64,000 nt of DNA from Octopus sinensis (Eukaryota): positions 17,670,001-17,734,000 of the forward strand of contig NC_043014.1 in NCBI RefSeq assembly GCF_006345805.1, written 5' to 3'. The position numbers and the translations under genes are program-made. The notes under the pieces are model-generated. The model had not been told where the DNA came from, searched no databases, and saw only the letters and a list, made by a program, of their open reading frames with translations. Positions 49,061 through 63,659 of this stretch are shown piece after piece. Positions within the stretch are counted from its first letter, which is position 1; each line of letters opens with the position of its first letter.

Positions 49061-49605
49061 GGAGGTAGAGAAGGACGAATGTCTTGGATTGACATTGTCA
49101 TCACATGACAGGCTGTCATGAGCAAGTAAGCATGTATATGTATGTGTGTAGGTGTGTCTATGTATGTATGTATGTATGTATGTATGTATGTATGTATGTA
49201 TGTATGTATGTATCTATCTATCTATAGGAAAAATATTACTATGTGAATTGAATAGTTTTGTGTGTATGTAGTCGTGTACACACATAAGTATGCACTCACT
49301 CATGCATGCATGCATACACACATACACACACGTAAATGCATACACACACAGTCAGATAGTGACACATCAGGACATAAATGATAAAAGTAGTTGTGTCACA
49401 TCTAAAAATGAACCAGCAAAACCACATAATTTATATTTTTTTAAAAAGATATCTTCTTTTATCTGTCTTTATCATGGTTGGAATATCTGATAAAAATATC
49501 ATATTCGTCATATTTTTCCCCCTACACCTCCCAAGCAACAAACTCCCACTTCTAGAGGAATGTAAAGATGACTAGTAATATATATTTACATATACATACA
49601 TACAT

Positions 49606-49699
<94 letters not shown>

Positions 49700-50210
49700 A
49701 ATACAGTGTACATTTAAACACATAAGAGGTATCCTTCATAGGATTCCTTTCATGCTAGAAGGAACAGCTGAAATCCAAACTACTATTAGGGAAAAAACTC
49801 AAGGGGTATGAAAAATACACTGTAATTATATGGATAATACATAGTTTATTGACTAATTTTTCTACACGCTAGGCCACAGGTATTAAAAATTTCTAAAATT
49901 TTTATTACCCTCATATTATTAATTATATATATATATATACTCCTTTCACAACCTGGGACCTTGAAGACTGCTATAATGCATGAAAGTATACTAGTCCCTT
50001 AATATTTTATATTCAACATTTCATCTCTTCAATAAGACAATCAATACTTCATTTCATTTTGCTATATATATATTATTTATACTATATATTCTATATTCTA
50101 CGTTAATATTATAATGAATATAAATAAAACATAAGAAACAGACAGACCTGGAATTTCTTTGAATAATATATATCCCTCAATACACAATCATACAAACCCT
50201 TTTATATATA

Positions 50211-50250
<40 letters not shown>

Positions 50251-51477
50251 ACTGCCAGATCTGACTGGCCTGGTGCAGCCTTCGGGCTTCCCAGACCCCA
50301 GTTGAACCGTCCAACCCATGCTAGCATGGAAAACGGACGCTAAATGATGATGATGATGATGATGATATATATATGTATATATATATGACAGGCTTCTTTC
50401 AGTTTCCAAATCTACTCACAAGGCTTTGGTGGGCCCAAGGCTATAGTGGAAAACATTTGGCCAAGGTGCCACGCAGAGGGACTGAACCTAGAATCATGTG
50501 GTTGGTAAGCAAGCTACTTGCCACACAACCACTCTTGCGCCTACTCTCTCTCTCTCTCTCTCTCTGTATATATATATATATAATATATATATATACAATT
50601 AAAAACAAAGGTGTAGTAAATAAACTTATGACTAGCTGACCAGCTGCAAATTCTATCTTTCCTTTCTCCATCCTTCAAAATATTTTCTAAGCGTAAACCA
50701 CTATTCTCATCTCCTTGGCCCCAAGGTCGTATTTTGTTTGACTATATGTCTTTGTTCCCCGTCCTAAATCAGATTCTGTGTCGTTTTGCTTCATTTTGTT
50801 TGCACTTGTCTCTAATTCTGCGCAAGCAAAAATTTTTTGCGTGCACTGCCAATTGAGAAGCACTGAGTCTTATTGTTAAAGCTGTGAAACAGAACAGTAC
50901 CATTGGTCGATAACTGATGTAAAGTTATGGGCTTTTTGTTTGTCTCCCGTTCGTTTTTACATTCAGTATACGTTATGTCGTTTGTTTATACATATTTTTC
51001 ATTTATCAAATAATGGAATGCAACACACACCAAATTTATATATATATATGTATACTCACACCCACACACATACGTATACACACACATCAACATCATCATT
51101 ATTTTATCACCCAATTTTCCTTGCTTGCAAGGAGTTTAGTGAGACAGAATTTTTTACAGCCAGATGCTCTTCCTGTTGCCAACCCTCACCTGATTCCAAA
51201 TTAGATAATATTTGTTTATGGACAGACATGCCTTTTTAGAATATCCAACATGAATAACACTGCTTATGTGAAGGTGACACTCATTTCCAACCACCATACG
51301 GTATCAAGACAAGGACACACACACATACACAAATGCATGCAGGCATAGATGCATATATATGAATGTGTGTGTTATATATATATATATATATATATATATC
51401 ACAAATGATCATAGGCGCACCTAAGAGGTTTCACTCCTAGGTACCTGTCTGGGCAGAAAGTTGCCTAGAATTGTTTT

Positions 51478-54400
51478 TATAGAAGACCAGCAGTCGCCAA
51501 TGCATATCAGCCTCCCCTGACCGTGCCACCGATGTTATCCAAGGGAAAGGCAATGGCTGATACAGCTGAGTGAACTGGAGCAATGTGAAATAAAGTGTCT
51601 TGCTCAAGAACACAACATGCAGCTTGGTCCAGGAATCAAACTCACAACCTCACGATTGCAAGCTCGATGCTCTAACCACTGAGCCATGCGCCTTCACACA
51701 CACACACACACACACATATAAATGTGTATATATATGTATATTTAAATATGTATGTATGTATGTGTGAGTGTGTGTGTGTGTGTACCTGAAGCTGATGAGT
51801 CATTCTCCATAACTAGAGTGAATCATCAACTTTGAATAAGTAAATAAAAAGTATTACAGTCAATGTGTACTTTTAATTCTATCTCGTTATGCGTGTGTGT
51901 ATGTGTGTGTGTGTGTGTGTGGGTGTATAAATGCATGGCATTTATATATGTCTATAGATGTGTCCTTAATTAATAAGGAATTCATCTAAAGACAGCCCTG
52001 TATTAATACTGTGTTACGCATTCTTGGAGAAATTTATCCAATTGATGTTTGAAATATTTAACGGGAATCATTGCTACATTTCATTTTTGTATTTGGTTTG
52101 CAAGATTCTTGATGTGAATCTTGATATATTGGAAAATATTTTGTAACTTGGGAGGGTCATAATGCCAAAAATAAATACATGTACTGATTCTATTTCACTT
52201 CTTTCTTGTTATTAGTCAATTGGACTATCATTTAAGCAATCAATCGATTCTTTGATTAATCATTTGCTCAGACAATTACCTTTCATTCACAATCTCATCA
52301 ATGAAATGCTGTGGTGAAAGGACTGTCAAACCTAGCTGATTGATTGACTAACTGAATGATTAATGAAAGAAGTGATTAGTTAATTTGTTAAATCAGTGGT
52401 TCCCAAAGTGGGCGTTACTGCCCTCTCTTCCAGGGATGGGCCTGATGGAAAGATCCAGGCACGGTTTGAAGAAAAGTGTGGTGATAATAGAGTGGCCAAA
52501 GGGGCGGGGAGCGATGTATATGAAAGCAATAAAATAATGGAGTTAATTAGGTTTAGTTTTATTTCTGAAATACAGTTGTCCTGAATTTGCTGCTAAAAGT
52601 GGTGGTGGTGGGTACTAGGAATGTGGTCTGAGTGCCAAGGGGGTGGCAGCCTCAAAACTCTTGGGAACTAGTTGACAAATGAAATTAAAGAAGTGAAATA
52701 TAACTAGTGGATGTGTTTATTACTTGTATAAAGGCCCTTCCAAGATACAAAAATTCATTCTGACTACATATGTAGAAAATCGGTGTGTGTTTGTTTGTGG
52801 TGTTGTTAGCTAACTTCTCCTACATAGTTTTATTGATTTTGATGAAACTGACACATGAGTAGAACTCATATCTGGAAACCTCGTGACATACTTAGATAGT
52901 TGAAAAATCGATAATACGGTCCCTGGAAGGGACCTTTATATCTGCCTCATATAATTATTTTTTTAACACCCAAGGGAAATAACTCATAGCACCTGCATAA
53001 CATCTTTTTAAACACTCAAGGGAGTTTTCATTGTTTAGGTTTGATTACTTAGAATATTGATATTTTGTGTTTTCAATTTCTAATTTTTGCAGACAATATC
53101 ACTTTTATACTTTATTTAACATGTGAGTAGAACTCATGTCTGGAAACCTTGTGACATACTTAGATTGTCGAAAAATATCGATAATGGATCCTTCTATCTA
53201 CTGCATATTATTTATATTTTATTTAAACAACCTAAGGAAAATAACCCAGTTTTTAGTGAAGTGATCAATATTTGATTCTCACGATCAGCCAATCTAATTC
53301 TGGATTTCACTACTCACAGTTTTGAATTGCTACACATTATTATTGCACTTCTTTAATTTGAATCTTAAACATTAAAGACTTCATTCATACATTTCTATAC
53401 ATACATACTTTTTTGAATGCCCAATTACTCTGACAATTTTGCATTTTACAGTTACACTTTTTCCATGACAGTTGATAAATTTTTTATCCCACAACGTATT
53501 TGTAGTGGCTTCATGCAGGCATAGCATGGATTCGATCCTCGATTGCCAAATTTCACTTAACACTTCAACGGTGCTTTTCTCACGGTAAAACAATTCTGTG
53601 AATGACAGCAGTTATACATTACCCAGATGCCTTCACTAAGCAGAATGCTTTGCCACTTAACCCTTCTTACTTCTTCTAGGCCACCAGGGGCTGAAATGGA
53701 GATAACAGACCGCCAACAAAAGCATTTGCTCTCAACAATATGTCTATCCCTCTGGCTGCTTTTTGATAGTTATAAAAACAAGAACTCTGTAAGCTAAAGT
53801 CAGTTACTGAGAGCGACCATCAGTGCATGTGAACATTATTATTGCAGTTTCTTCAAACATTTCATTCATATATTTATATACATACAATCTCTCTCTCCTC
53901 CAGCTGACAGTTTTTTGTACTTTTTCATGATGGAAAATACACCTTTTGTGACAGTTATAACGAAATTGATTTCTTATATCAGAGAAATAAGGCGTTTCAA
54001 TACAACATTTTTACCCTGGAAATTACCGGACACACCAGCTAGTATATATCATATATATGTACACACAGAAACACATGAACAAGTACACCTACAAACAACT
54101 AACAAACAAATACACTTTTCAGACAGTCCCATTCATTCACACATACATACACACTAATCCAAGCTCCGAATGCTTCAGTTTTCAGCACTGATCCTGGTAT
54201 ATCTAGAAAAAGTGATTTGTTGGTTGTGCCTTGTAATGTCATGTTTGTTCCTTCTCAAGCCACACTTGGCTCATAAGGGCTGGTTTCCTGATTTCCTTGG
54301 ATGGGACGCCGGTTCATCACAGGTGAGCTGCTAGATGCAGGAGGAAAGAGTTGGGGAAAGTTGTGGTGAAAGTGTCAGCAGAAGTTCACCATTACATTCT

Positions 54401-54754
54401 GCCAGAGCCACATGGAGCTTAGGTATTTCGCTAGTAAACACATACATTGCCTGGTCTGAGATTCAAACCTGCGATCCCTTGACTGTGAGTCCGCTTCTCT
54501 AACCACGAGGCCATGTGCCTCCACTTGTAATGTCACAGGCCTGCTCAATCAAAATTTATCTCTAGCTACACAACAAAAATTCTATTCTAATGATTGGACC
54601 CATTCCCTAGAGCTTGGGTTACTGTGAATTTGAAATATATTCTAATTTCTGTGCCATAGATTGTAACCCTTACTGAATTAGATTTCTGCCACAAATTGTC
54701 TTTCTACTACTAACTCTCTTCCTGTTTCCTGCTGAATTGTCAGACAAAAAAAAG
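51478..54754. repeat. ~3.3-kb tandem duplication, unit A
   Basis: Collinear with 54755-57775; the breakpoint lies inside a family D SINE (TATAGAAGACC). Confidence 0.9.
52394..52672. mobile_element. hAT-like MITE (duplicated in unit B)
   Basis: CAGTGGTTCCCAAAGTGGG..CTTGGGAACTAGT termini; imperfect 8-bp flank match. Confidence 0.35.
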
Positions 54755-57700
54755 TATAGAAGACCAGCAGTCGCCAATGCATATCAGCCTCCCCTGACCG
54801 TGCCACCAATGTTATCCAAGGGAAAGGCAAAGGCTGATACAGCTGAGTGAACTGGAGCAATGTGAAATAAAGTGTCTTGCTCAAGAACACAACATGCAGC
54901 TTGGTCTAGGAATCAAACTCACGATTGCATGCTCGATGCTCTAACCACTGAGCCATGCACCTTCACACACACACACATATAAATGTGTATATATATGTAT
55001 ATTTAAATATGTATGTATATATGTATGTATGTATGTATGTGTGTGTGTGTGTGTACCTGAAGCTGATGAGTCATTCTCCATAATTAGAGCGAATCATCAA
55101 CTTTGAATAAGTAAATAAAATGTATTACAGCAATGTGTACTTTTAATCCTATCTCGTTATGCGTGTGTGTATGTCTGTGTGTTGATGTATAAATGCATGG
55201 CATTTATATATGTCTATAGATGTGTCCTTAATTAATAAGGAATTTCATAATTAATAAGGAATTCATCTAAAGACAGCCCTGTATTAATACTGTGTTACAC
55301 ATTCTTGGAGAAATTTATCCAATTGATGTTTGAAATATTTAACGGGAATCATTGCTACATTTCATTTTTGTATTTGGTTTGCAAGATTCTTGATGTGAAT
55401 CTTGATATATTGGAAAATATTTTGTAACTTGGGAGGGTCATAATGCCAAAAATAAATACATGTACTGATTCTATTTCACTTCTTTCTTGTTATTAGTCAA
55501 TTGGACTATCATTTAAGCAATCAATCGATTCTTTGATTAATCATTTGCTCAGACAATTACCTTTCATTCATGATCTCATCAATGAAATGCCATGGTGAAA
55601 GGACTGTCAAACCTAGCTGATTGATTAATGAAAGAAGTGATTAGTTAATTTGTTAAATCAGTGGTTCCCAAAGTGGGCATTACTGCCCTCTCTTCCAGAT
55701 CTAGGCACGGTTTGAAGAAAAGTGAGGTGATAACAGAGTGGCCAAAGGAGGGGGGAGCGATGTATATAAAAGCAATAAAATAATGGAGTTAATTAGGTTA
55801 AGTTTTATTTCTGAAATACAGTTGTCCTGAATTTGCTGCTAAAAGTGGTGGTGGTGGGTACTAGGAATGTGGTCTGAGTGCCAAGGGAGTGGCAGCCTCA
55901 AAACTCTTCAGAACCAGTTGACAAATGAAAATAAAGAAGTGAAATATAACTAGTGGATGTGTTTATTACTTGTATAAAAGCCCTTCCAAGATACAATTCA
56001 TTCTGACTACATATGTAGAAAATTGGTGTGTGTTTGTTTGTAGCATTGTTAGCTAACTCTTCCTACATAGTTTTATTGATTTTGATGAAACTGACACATG
56101 AGTAGAACTCATATCTGGAAACCTCGTGACATACTTAGATAGTTGAAAAATCGATAATACGGTCCCTGGAAGGGACCTTTATATCTGCCTCATATAACTA
56201 TTTTTTTAACACCCAAGGGAAATAACTCATAGCACCTGCATAGCATCTTTTTGTGTGTTCAATTTCTAATTTTTGCAGACAATATCACTTTTATACTTTA
56301 TTTGACGTGTGAGTAAAACTCATGTCTGGAAACCTTGTGACATACTTAGATTGTTGAAAAATATCGATAACAGGGCCCCTCCAACGGATCCTTCTATCTA
56401 CTGCATATTATTTATATTTTATTTAAACAACCTAAGGAAAATAACCCATACCACCTGCAGTTTTTAGTGAAGTGATCAATATTTGATTCTCACGATCAGC
56501 CGACCTAATTCTGGATTTCACTACTCACAGTTTTGAACTGCTACACATTATTATTGCACTTCCTTAATTTGAATCTTAAACATTAAAGACTTCATTCATA
56601 CATTTCTATACATACATACTTTTTTGAATGCCCAATTACTCTGATAATTCTGCATTTTACAGTTACACTTTTTCCATGACAGTTGATAAATTTTTTATCC
56701 CACAACGTATTTGTAGTGGCTTCATGCAGGCATAGCATGGATTCGATCCTCGATTGCCAAATTTCACTTAACACTTCAACGGTGCTTTTCTCACGGTAAA
56801 ACAATTCTGTGAATGACAGCAGTTATACATTACCCTTCACTAAGCAGAATGCTTTGCCACTTAACCCTTCTTACTTCTTCTAGGCCACCAGGGGCTGAAA
56901 TGGAGATAACAGACCGCCAACAAAAGCATTTGCTCTCAACAATATGTCTATCCCTCTGGCTGCTTTTTGATAGTTATAAAAACAAGAACTCTGTAAGCTA
57001 AAGTCAGTTACTGAGAGCGACCATCAGTGCGTGTGAACATTATTATTGCAGTTTCTTCAAACATTTCATTCATATATTTATATACATACAATCTCTCTCT
57101 CCTCCAGCTGACAGTTTTTTGTACTTTTTCATGATGGAAAATACACCTTTTGTGACAGTTATAACGAAATTGATTTCTTATATCAGAGAAATAAGGCGTT
57201 TCAATACAACGTTTTTACCCTGGAAATTACCGGACACACCAGCTAGTATATATCATATATACGTACACACAGAAACACAGAAACTTGGCTCATAAGGGCT
57301 GGTTTCCTGATTTCCTTGGATGGGACGCCGGTTCATCACAGGTGAGCTGCTATATGCAGGAGGAAAGAATTGGGGAAAGTTGTGGTGAAAGTGTCAGCAG
57401 AAGTTCACCATTACATTCTGCCAGAGCCACATGGAGCTTAGGTATTTCGCTCGTAAACACATACATTGCCTGGTCTGAGATTCAAACCTGCGATCCCTTG
57501 ACTGTGAGTCCGCTTCTCTAACCACGAGGCCATGTGCCTCCACTTGTAATGTCACAGGCCTGCTCAATCAAAATTTATCTCTAGCTACACAACAAAAATT
57601 CTATTCTAATGATTGGACCCATTCCCTAGAGCTTGGGTTACTGTGAATTTGAAATATATTCTAATTTCTGTGCCATAGATTGTAACCCTTACTGAATTAG

Positions 57701-57775
57701 ATTTCTGCCACAAATTGTCTTTCTACTACTAACTCTCTTCCTGTTTCCTGCTGAATTGTCAGACAAGAAAAAAAA
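54755..57775. repeat. ~3.0-kb tandem duplication, unit B
   Basis: Copy of unit A with scattered substitutions and several 20-180-bp indels. Confidence 0.9.
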
Positions 57776-58205
57776 AAAAAGAAACTTGTTTGCAGAGAAC
57801 TCATTAAATAGTTATGTAACAAGCTTGTTAAGTGTCAGGGTTGAAATTTGAAGTATAATTACTTCTGTGTAGATATGGAATTCTTTTTGTAACCCCATAT
57901 ATATATATTGGGCATCACAGAGGCAATGACCAAGAGCTTTGACATTATGTTGTGCTTGAGAAGAAGACCCATCAAGATGTGCAAAATTGCTGTTGTGGCT
58001 GATACTGGTGTCATGCAAATTGGCACCCATGCCAGTGGAATGTAAAAGCACCCCATTATGCTCTTGGAGCGATTGGCGTTTGGAAGGGCATCCACCTACA
58101 GAAAACCATACCAAATCAGATAGGAGTTTGGTGCAACCTTACAAAGTGGCAGCCCAATCAAAGTGTCCAACCCATGGCAGCATGGACAACGGACGTTAAA
58201 TGATG

Positions 58206-58265
<60 letters not shown>

Positions 58266-58294
58266 CACATATACATATATATATATACATATAC

Positions 58295-58370
<76 letters not shown>

Positions 58371-58463
58371 GGGAAGGTTTACGAAAATAAACAAAAGACG
58401 AAGGCAGGTGGAGTACAAACAAACAATGTATTAGTATGGCGCTCAGGAATAGAAATAAAACAA

Positions 58464-58503
58464 ATCTTTTACGTTTCGAACCTATGCTCTTCGACAGAAA
58501 GAT
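58464..58503 (-). ncRNA. ultra-minimal hammerhead-like motif, variant core (second copy)
   Basis: ATCTTT-CTGTCGA-A-GAGC(ATAG)GTTC-GAAACGTA-AAAGAT. Confidence 0.45.
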
Positions 58504-58542
58504 ACACAGAAAAGAAACAAGGAGAGAAACAAGGAGAGAAAA

Positions 58543-58591
<49 letters not shown>

Positions 58592-58908
58592 TATATATAT
58601 ACACACATATATGTCATCATCATCATCATTTTATGTTTGTTTTCCATGCTTGCATGGGTTGGACGGTTTGACTGAGGTTTGGAGAGCCAGCGGCTGCCCC
58701 AGGCTCCAATCTGATCTTGCAATGTTTCTACAGCTGGATGTCCTTCCTAATGCCAACCACTCCAAAAGTGTAGTGGAGGTTTTCACATACCACCGGCACA
58801 GGAGCCAGTCAGGTGGGACTGGTATCGATCATGTTTGGATAGTGCTCTGTATGTGCCACCAGCATGGGGGCCAGTCAGGGGCTACTGGCATATGTATGTA
58901 TGTACAAA

Positions 58909-59684
58909 TTATAAATCTTCAAGTGAAGATGATTCAGCTTCTAAGATGACAGGTGAAGAATCAAAGGTCTTTGAGGTTGTAGGTTGGGGCCCCAGTTGAG
59001 GTTCACTTGAAGCTGTCTGGTTGAGCTTTGAAAAATTGTCTTTTAGTTTCTGCTGTTTCAAATACTCCAGTTTTTCTTTAATGAAAACTTGGATTTTGTA
59101 CATCCACATTAGATACTGCTCTGTGATGAAAGATTTTTGCTCCATTCCCTGAATTAACTCCTCCATCAGGCTGATGAACCTGTCTGTAGACACTCTCTCC
59201 TCTTCTTTCAGTATACTGTCACCATCATCATCACTACTCTCATCTAATTTGTTCTTATCAGCAGTCATCACTACAGTAGACATACAAACACCATATTCCT
59301 CACACAAAATCCATGCTGAAGCACCTTTATTGAGTTTCTTAAGTAACTCCACTTTCTTCGCTATGCTGGACATTAAATGTTTTCATTTTGGGTTTCCACG
59401 AGCAAGCAAGCTGCCTGTGTGCTGGCCTTTTAGACATGGTAATAAATAAAAATTATAATAAATTAAGACAAATAACTACTTACCTGTGAGAGGAGAGCAT
59501 CCACAAAGCAGCAGTCATGTAAGAACTCATGTCGTGTGGCACATATGCCATAGACACTAAAAAAAACTGACTGCACGGAGAACTACTACAGCCCATGGAT
59601 TTCAAAGCTAGCCAACTTCAAAAATAGCCAGATTTCTGGTAATTCTGGATTTCTGAATTCTGGATAAGTGGTTCAGTAACTGTG
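58909..59684 (-). mobile_element. pogo/Tigger-derived element with in-frame deleted ORF (58909-59373)
   Basis: Tigger-like end CAGTTACTGAACCACTTATCCAGAA. ORF starts with a CENP-B-N/psq-type HTH (SIAKKVELLKKL..LCEEYGV..STV) joined to an acidic tail; no DDD domain. Confidence 0.65.
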
Positions 59685-60714
59685 TATGACAGGCTTCCAA
59701 AGAGTTCCCATCCACCAGTTCCTCTCACAAAGCTTTGGTCAGTCCCAAGGTTATAACAGAAGATACTCACCCAAAGAGTCACTCAGTAAGATAGAACTGA
59801 AAATCCCATGTTTACAAAATGGATTCCATATCCATACAGAAGTAATTATATTTCAAGTTCCAAGCCAATTACATAATTATTTAATGAGTTCTTGGCAAAC
59901 AAGTGTTTTTTATTTATATATATAGAATTATATGTTTGCACTGAATAGAGGTTTTGATGGGGATGTTCCACTAGTTTTCCATGTGTTGATATGCATGTAT
60001 TCAATAGCAGAGGTGTTATGAATGTATGTATATAAATATATGTATGTGAATGTTTCATTGTGACATTGTTACAATGTGAATAATTAGAGCAGTAACATGA
60101 TAAAATAAGTTGAAGGAGAAAGTAGAACTGTGTGGGTGATGTTCTAAACATTTGGTGTATTTTTCAGCTGTAATTTTGTTTACATATATATTGAAATGTA
60201 TATCTATTTCTACCTTATCATCATCCTCGTTTAACGTCCGTTTTCCATGCTGGTATGGGTTGGACGGTTTGACTGGGGACTGGCAAGCCAGGAGATCACA
60301 CCAAGCTCCAGTCTGATCTGGTAATATTTCTACAGCTGGATACCCTTCCCAATGCCAACCACTCTGAGAGTGTAGTGGCTGCTTTTTACATGCCACTGGC
60401 ACAGGAACCAGTCAGGTGGCACTGGCATTGGCCACATTCGGATGGTGCTTTTTACATGTATCCAATATCATGTAAGTCCTTACATTATGTATGATGCCTT
60501 GATATGCCATGTCATTTACTGTTGCATTTATTACAAGATGTTTTTCTCTTTTCAATTTCATGTTCACTTCTACTAACTTGAGACTACTAAACCTTGTTAT
60601 GTGTAATAAAATAGAAGTTTCAGTGTCTTGAGAGAAAAAAGCTTACAATTTTGGTTTTGGAACTAGTTGGAATTCCTAAAAGCACACTGCTTTTATGAAA
60701 AATGTGCTATTACT

Positions 60715-61281
60715 TTGGGTTGTCTGGAAAGTTTGTGCCGATTATTAAAAGAAAGAATAAGATCAATAAATACTTGCCATTACATTTTTAATCAACCAAA
60801 CATGAACCATTTTGTTGCACAATGCATCTCCATCTTTCCTTTAAATTGAAAATACCCTCTTCCCAGAATTGAGGTGGTTTCATGGCAAAGAATTCATCAA
60901 GGTATCTTTTTATGTCATCCAAGGAATTAAAGTTTCTACCATTAAGACTATTCTGCAGAGACCTGAATAAGTGGAAATCCGAAGTAGCAATATCTGGTGA
61001 ATATGGGGGGGGGGGGTAACACATCCCAGCCGAGCTGCAGTAATTTTTGTCTGGTTCTCAAAGCATCAAGTGTCGAAAATGATCTTTCTTATCTTCCATT
61101 TAAAAGGGTTACAGAATTAACACAGGTTATAGGAACATAAACCTTCTTCCATGAAAAGATAGCTTAAACTGTGCTCTAAATGGAGGTGTAGTCAAATCCT
61201 ATTTTATGGACTCAACCATGTTCTAAAATAAGTCAAACGGTAAGCTACTATAAATCGGCACGAACTTTCCGGACAACCCAA
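60715..61281 (-). mobile_element. ~565-bp internally deleted mariner (copy 2)
   Basis: Same TIRs and same deletion junction as 28461-29025. Confidence 0.88.
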
Positions 61282-62695
61282 TAATTCTTTTGCTTGTTTT
61301 GATCATTGGACTGTGATCATGCCTTGAAGAGTTTTAGTTGATCATATTGACTCAGTGATCTAAGATCTTTTAAGCAAGTAATCCCAAGACTCTTTCCCTA
61401 CCTATATTCCCAACAAATACATAAAATTGACTGGATTACAAAGGAACAGGAAGTATGTATTCAAATTCATTAATTTACAGCTGTTTCTTCCATAAGAAAC
61501 AGTGCATTTAGAGCTGAGTGCTTCTTATAACAGAAACAGTTGTAACCTAATAGAGGTGACTGCATCATTCCTGTTCTTTTGTCATTCATTGATATTACAC
61601 TCTGTACTTGCCTAATGCTATATTCTAAAGCATATGTATATTGAGTTCTAAAGTTTTAACAACTGTTTTTTCAGTCTTCTAAGGGTTAATACTCAATTTT
61701 TTTGTGGTTGTTTTCACATGGATATATACCCTTAGAAGATGGAAAAATTTGTATTCTGGCAACTTTTCTTTCAAGAGTAAATACTCAGTTTTTCTTGACT
61801 GTTTTCACAGCTATACTGCATTCAAAATTTACATTCATGCCTATAAAATATCAACACACTCAATGCTTATAAAGCTTGTTTATAAAATCTTCCCACATTC
61901 CAAAAAGCTATTAGCATTAAAATTGATGGTAATTGTTCGTCAGGAACTGCTTAGCTTAATGGTACAGAACACTCAGCTAGTATCTGAGAGGCACAGGGTT
62001 CATAGCTGCCTGCTAGCAACTTTTTTTTCCATCTTCTAAGAGTAAATACCAAATCTTTTTCAACTCTTTTCACAGTTATACTGCATTCAAAATTTACTGC
62101 CTTGTATATATATGTTCCTGTGTTTGTATGTATATATATGCATACACACACACCCACACACACATACATACATGTGTTTGTAGCATTCATACCTGAAACA
62201 GAATATATTTTCATTACTCTTTGAAAACTATTTTCCAAAATAATTAAGTTTTTATTAACCAAAAATACTCTGACACAAGGAATTTTATGTAATTTTTCAA
62301 GTACAAAATTTTTACATTCCAAATAAAAAAACTTGGCTATTATCCCAAATTATCCAAATGGTTTATAAAATTTTTCTGCCTTCTAGAAATTATTTGCATT
62401 TTTGTTTATTCAGCTGCAATCTCAAATTATTAACTGGTTTGATAACTTTAGGCATCACTTGTAAAAATCCTTAATAAATGATTTTGATTAAAATCTTTTT
62501 TCCATCATCCTTAGAAGCAATTGAAAACTGATACTTATCTAGCTGTTGGCTTTAACCATGATCTGGATAAAAACCATATTTTATTCTACTTTAGGTCTCA
62601 CATATAATCTAGTTTAGAAATCTAAAAGATCACCCAAAGATCATTTATGATAACCTAGTTTTAAAAACTTCACTGCATCACATTTAGAAACCAGT

Positions 62696-63131
62696 TCAAT
62701 TTAATTATATTCAGCTAAGGACTTAAATCAAATTCTAATTTTAAAATTTTATAGTTCACCATTAAAAAGTCATTCACAAGTAAACTTTTATTCAGCTAGA
62801 ACATCACGTTTGAATGTTTAAATTATTTTTTTGAATTCCTCACTCATAAACTTTTAGAAATTGTCTACAATAAATCTTTATTCGACTTGAGATGCAAATC
62901 GTAATCTAAACTGAATACTTTAAATATCACACTAGCATATCCTTAACAATTAACTATTATTCAACTGGAGATCTGATACATAATTTAGCTTGAATAACTT
63001 TTATTTTAAATTGAGTGTCCAAACCAAAGAACTGTTTATTCAGCTGAAGATCTTATTTATAATCTTATTTAAAAATTCTATTCATCATATTTACAAATCA
63101 TTTACAATTTACTTTTATTCAGTTGGAGACC
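62696..63131 (-). repeat. degenerate ~79-bp tandem repeat in the GST 3' region
   Basis: The TTATTC(A/G)..GA anchor recurs at 63115, 63036, 62957, 62878, 62788 and ~62707. Confidence 0.6.
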
Positions 63132-63364
63132 AAAGTCATAATCTGGGTCTCCATTGGCAAAACTTTTGATGAATGCAGCATAGTACTGGGGATTAAGTCT
63201 TGTGGCCTTCACCTCTGGCAGCAGCAACATATTCTCATTCCATTGGCATAGAAATGGGTATTCTTTGGTGATGAATTGGTCTATAGTTTGGTCTGTCACT
63301 ACTTTTGCTTTAATTTTCTCAAACCATGGCCAAAGATTGAAGTCAACCATACTGACTTGTTTTC
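63102..63364 (-). CDS. GSTO: terminal coding exon of glutathione S-transferase omega
   Basis: Acceptor TTGGTTTCTTCTCAG|G, phase 1. (G)KQVSMVDFNLWPWFEK..WNENMLLLPEVKAT..YAAFIKSF..GDPDYDFGL* matches the omega-class C-terminal pattern. Upstream exons lie beyond the window. Confidence 0.88.
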
Positions 63365-63659
63365 CTGAGAAGAAACCAACAAATATATGAATTAGTTATA
63401 TATAATGTTTCAAATTATGGTGCAAGGCCAGCAGTTTTAGGGAAGGAGTGAAGTTGATTAAATCAACATCAGTGCTCAACTGGTATTTATTTCATCAACA
63501 CTAAAAAGATGAAAGCAAAGCAATTCTCAGCAGAATTTGAACTCAAAATATAAAAAGCTGGAAGAGATGCTGCTAAACATTTTCTAAACATGCTAACAAT
63601 TCTGTCAGTTCACTACCATAATAATAATAATAATAACATGGGTGTTTCATTCAACATCC

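Noticed and set aside
50636-50900. Minus-strand segment with a good splice acceptor
   Set aside because: All three frames hit stops before the weak donor; no recognisable product.
51792-51830. CTGATGAG..GAA motif (duplicated at ~55043) as a hammerhead
   Set aside because: GAAT instead of GAAA and no cleavage triplet or stem I.
61700-62100. Short direct plus inverted duplication in AT-rich DNA
   Set aside because: Too short and degenerate to assign to any element or function.
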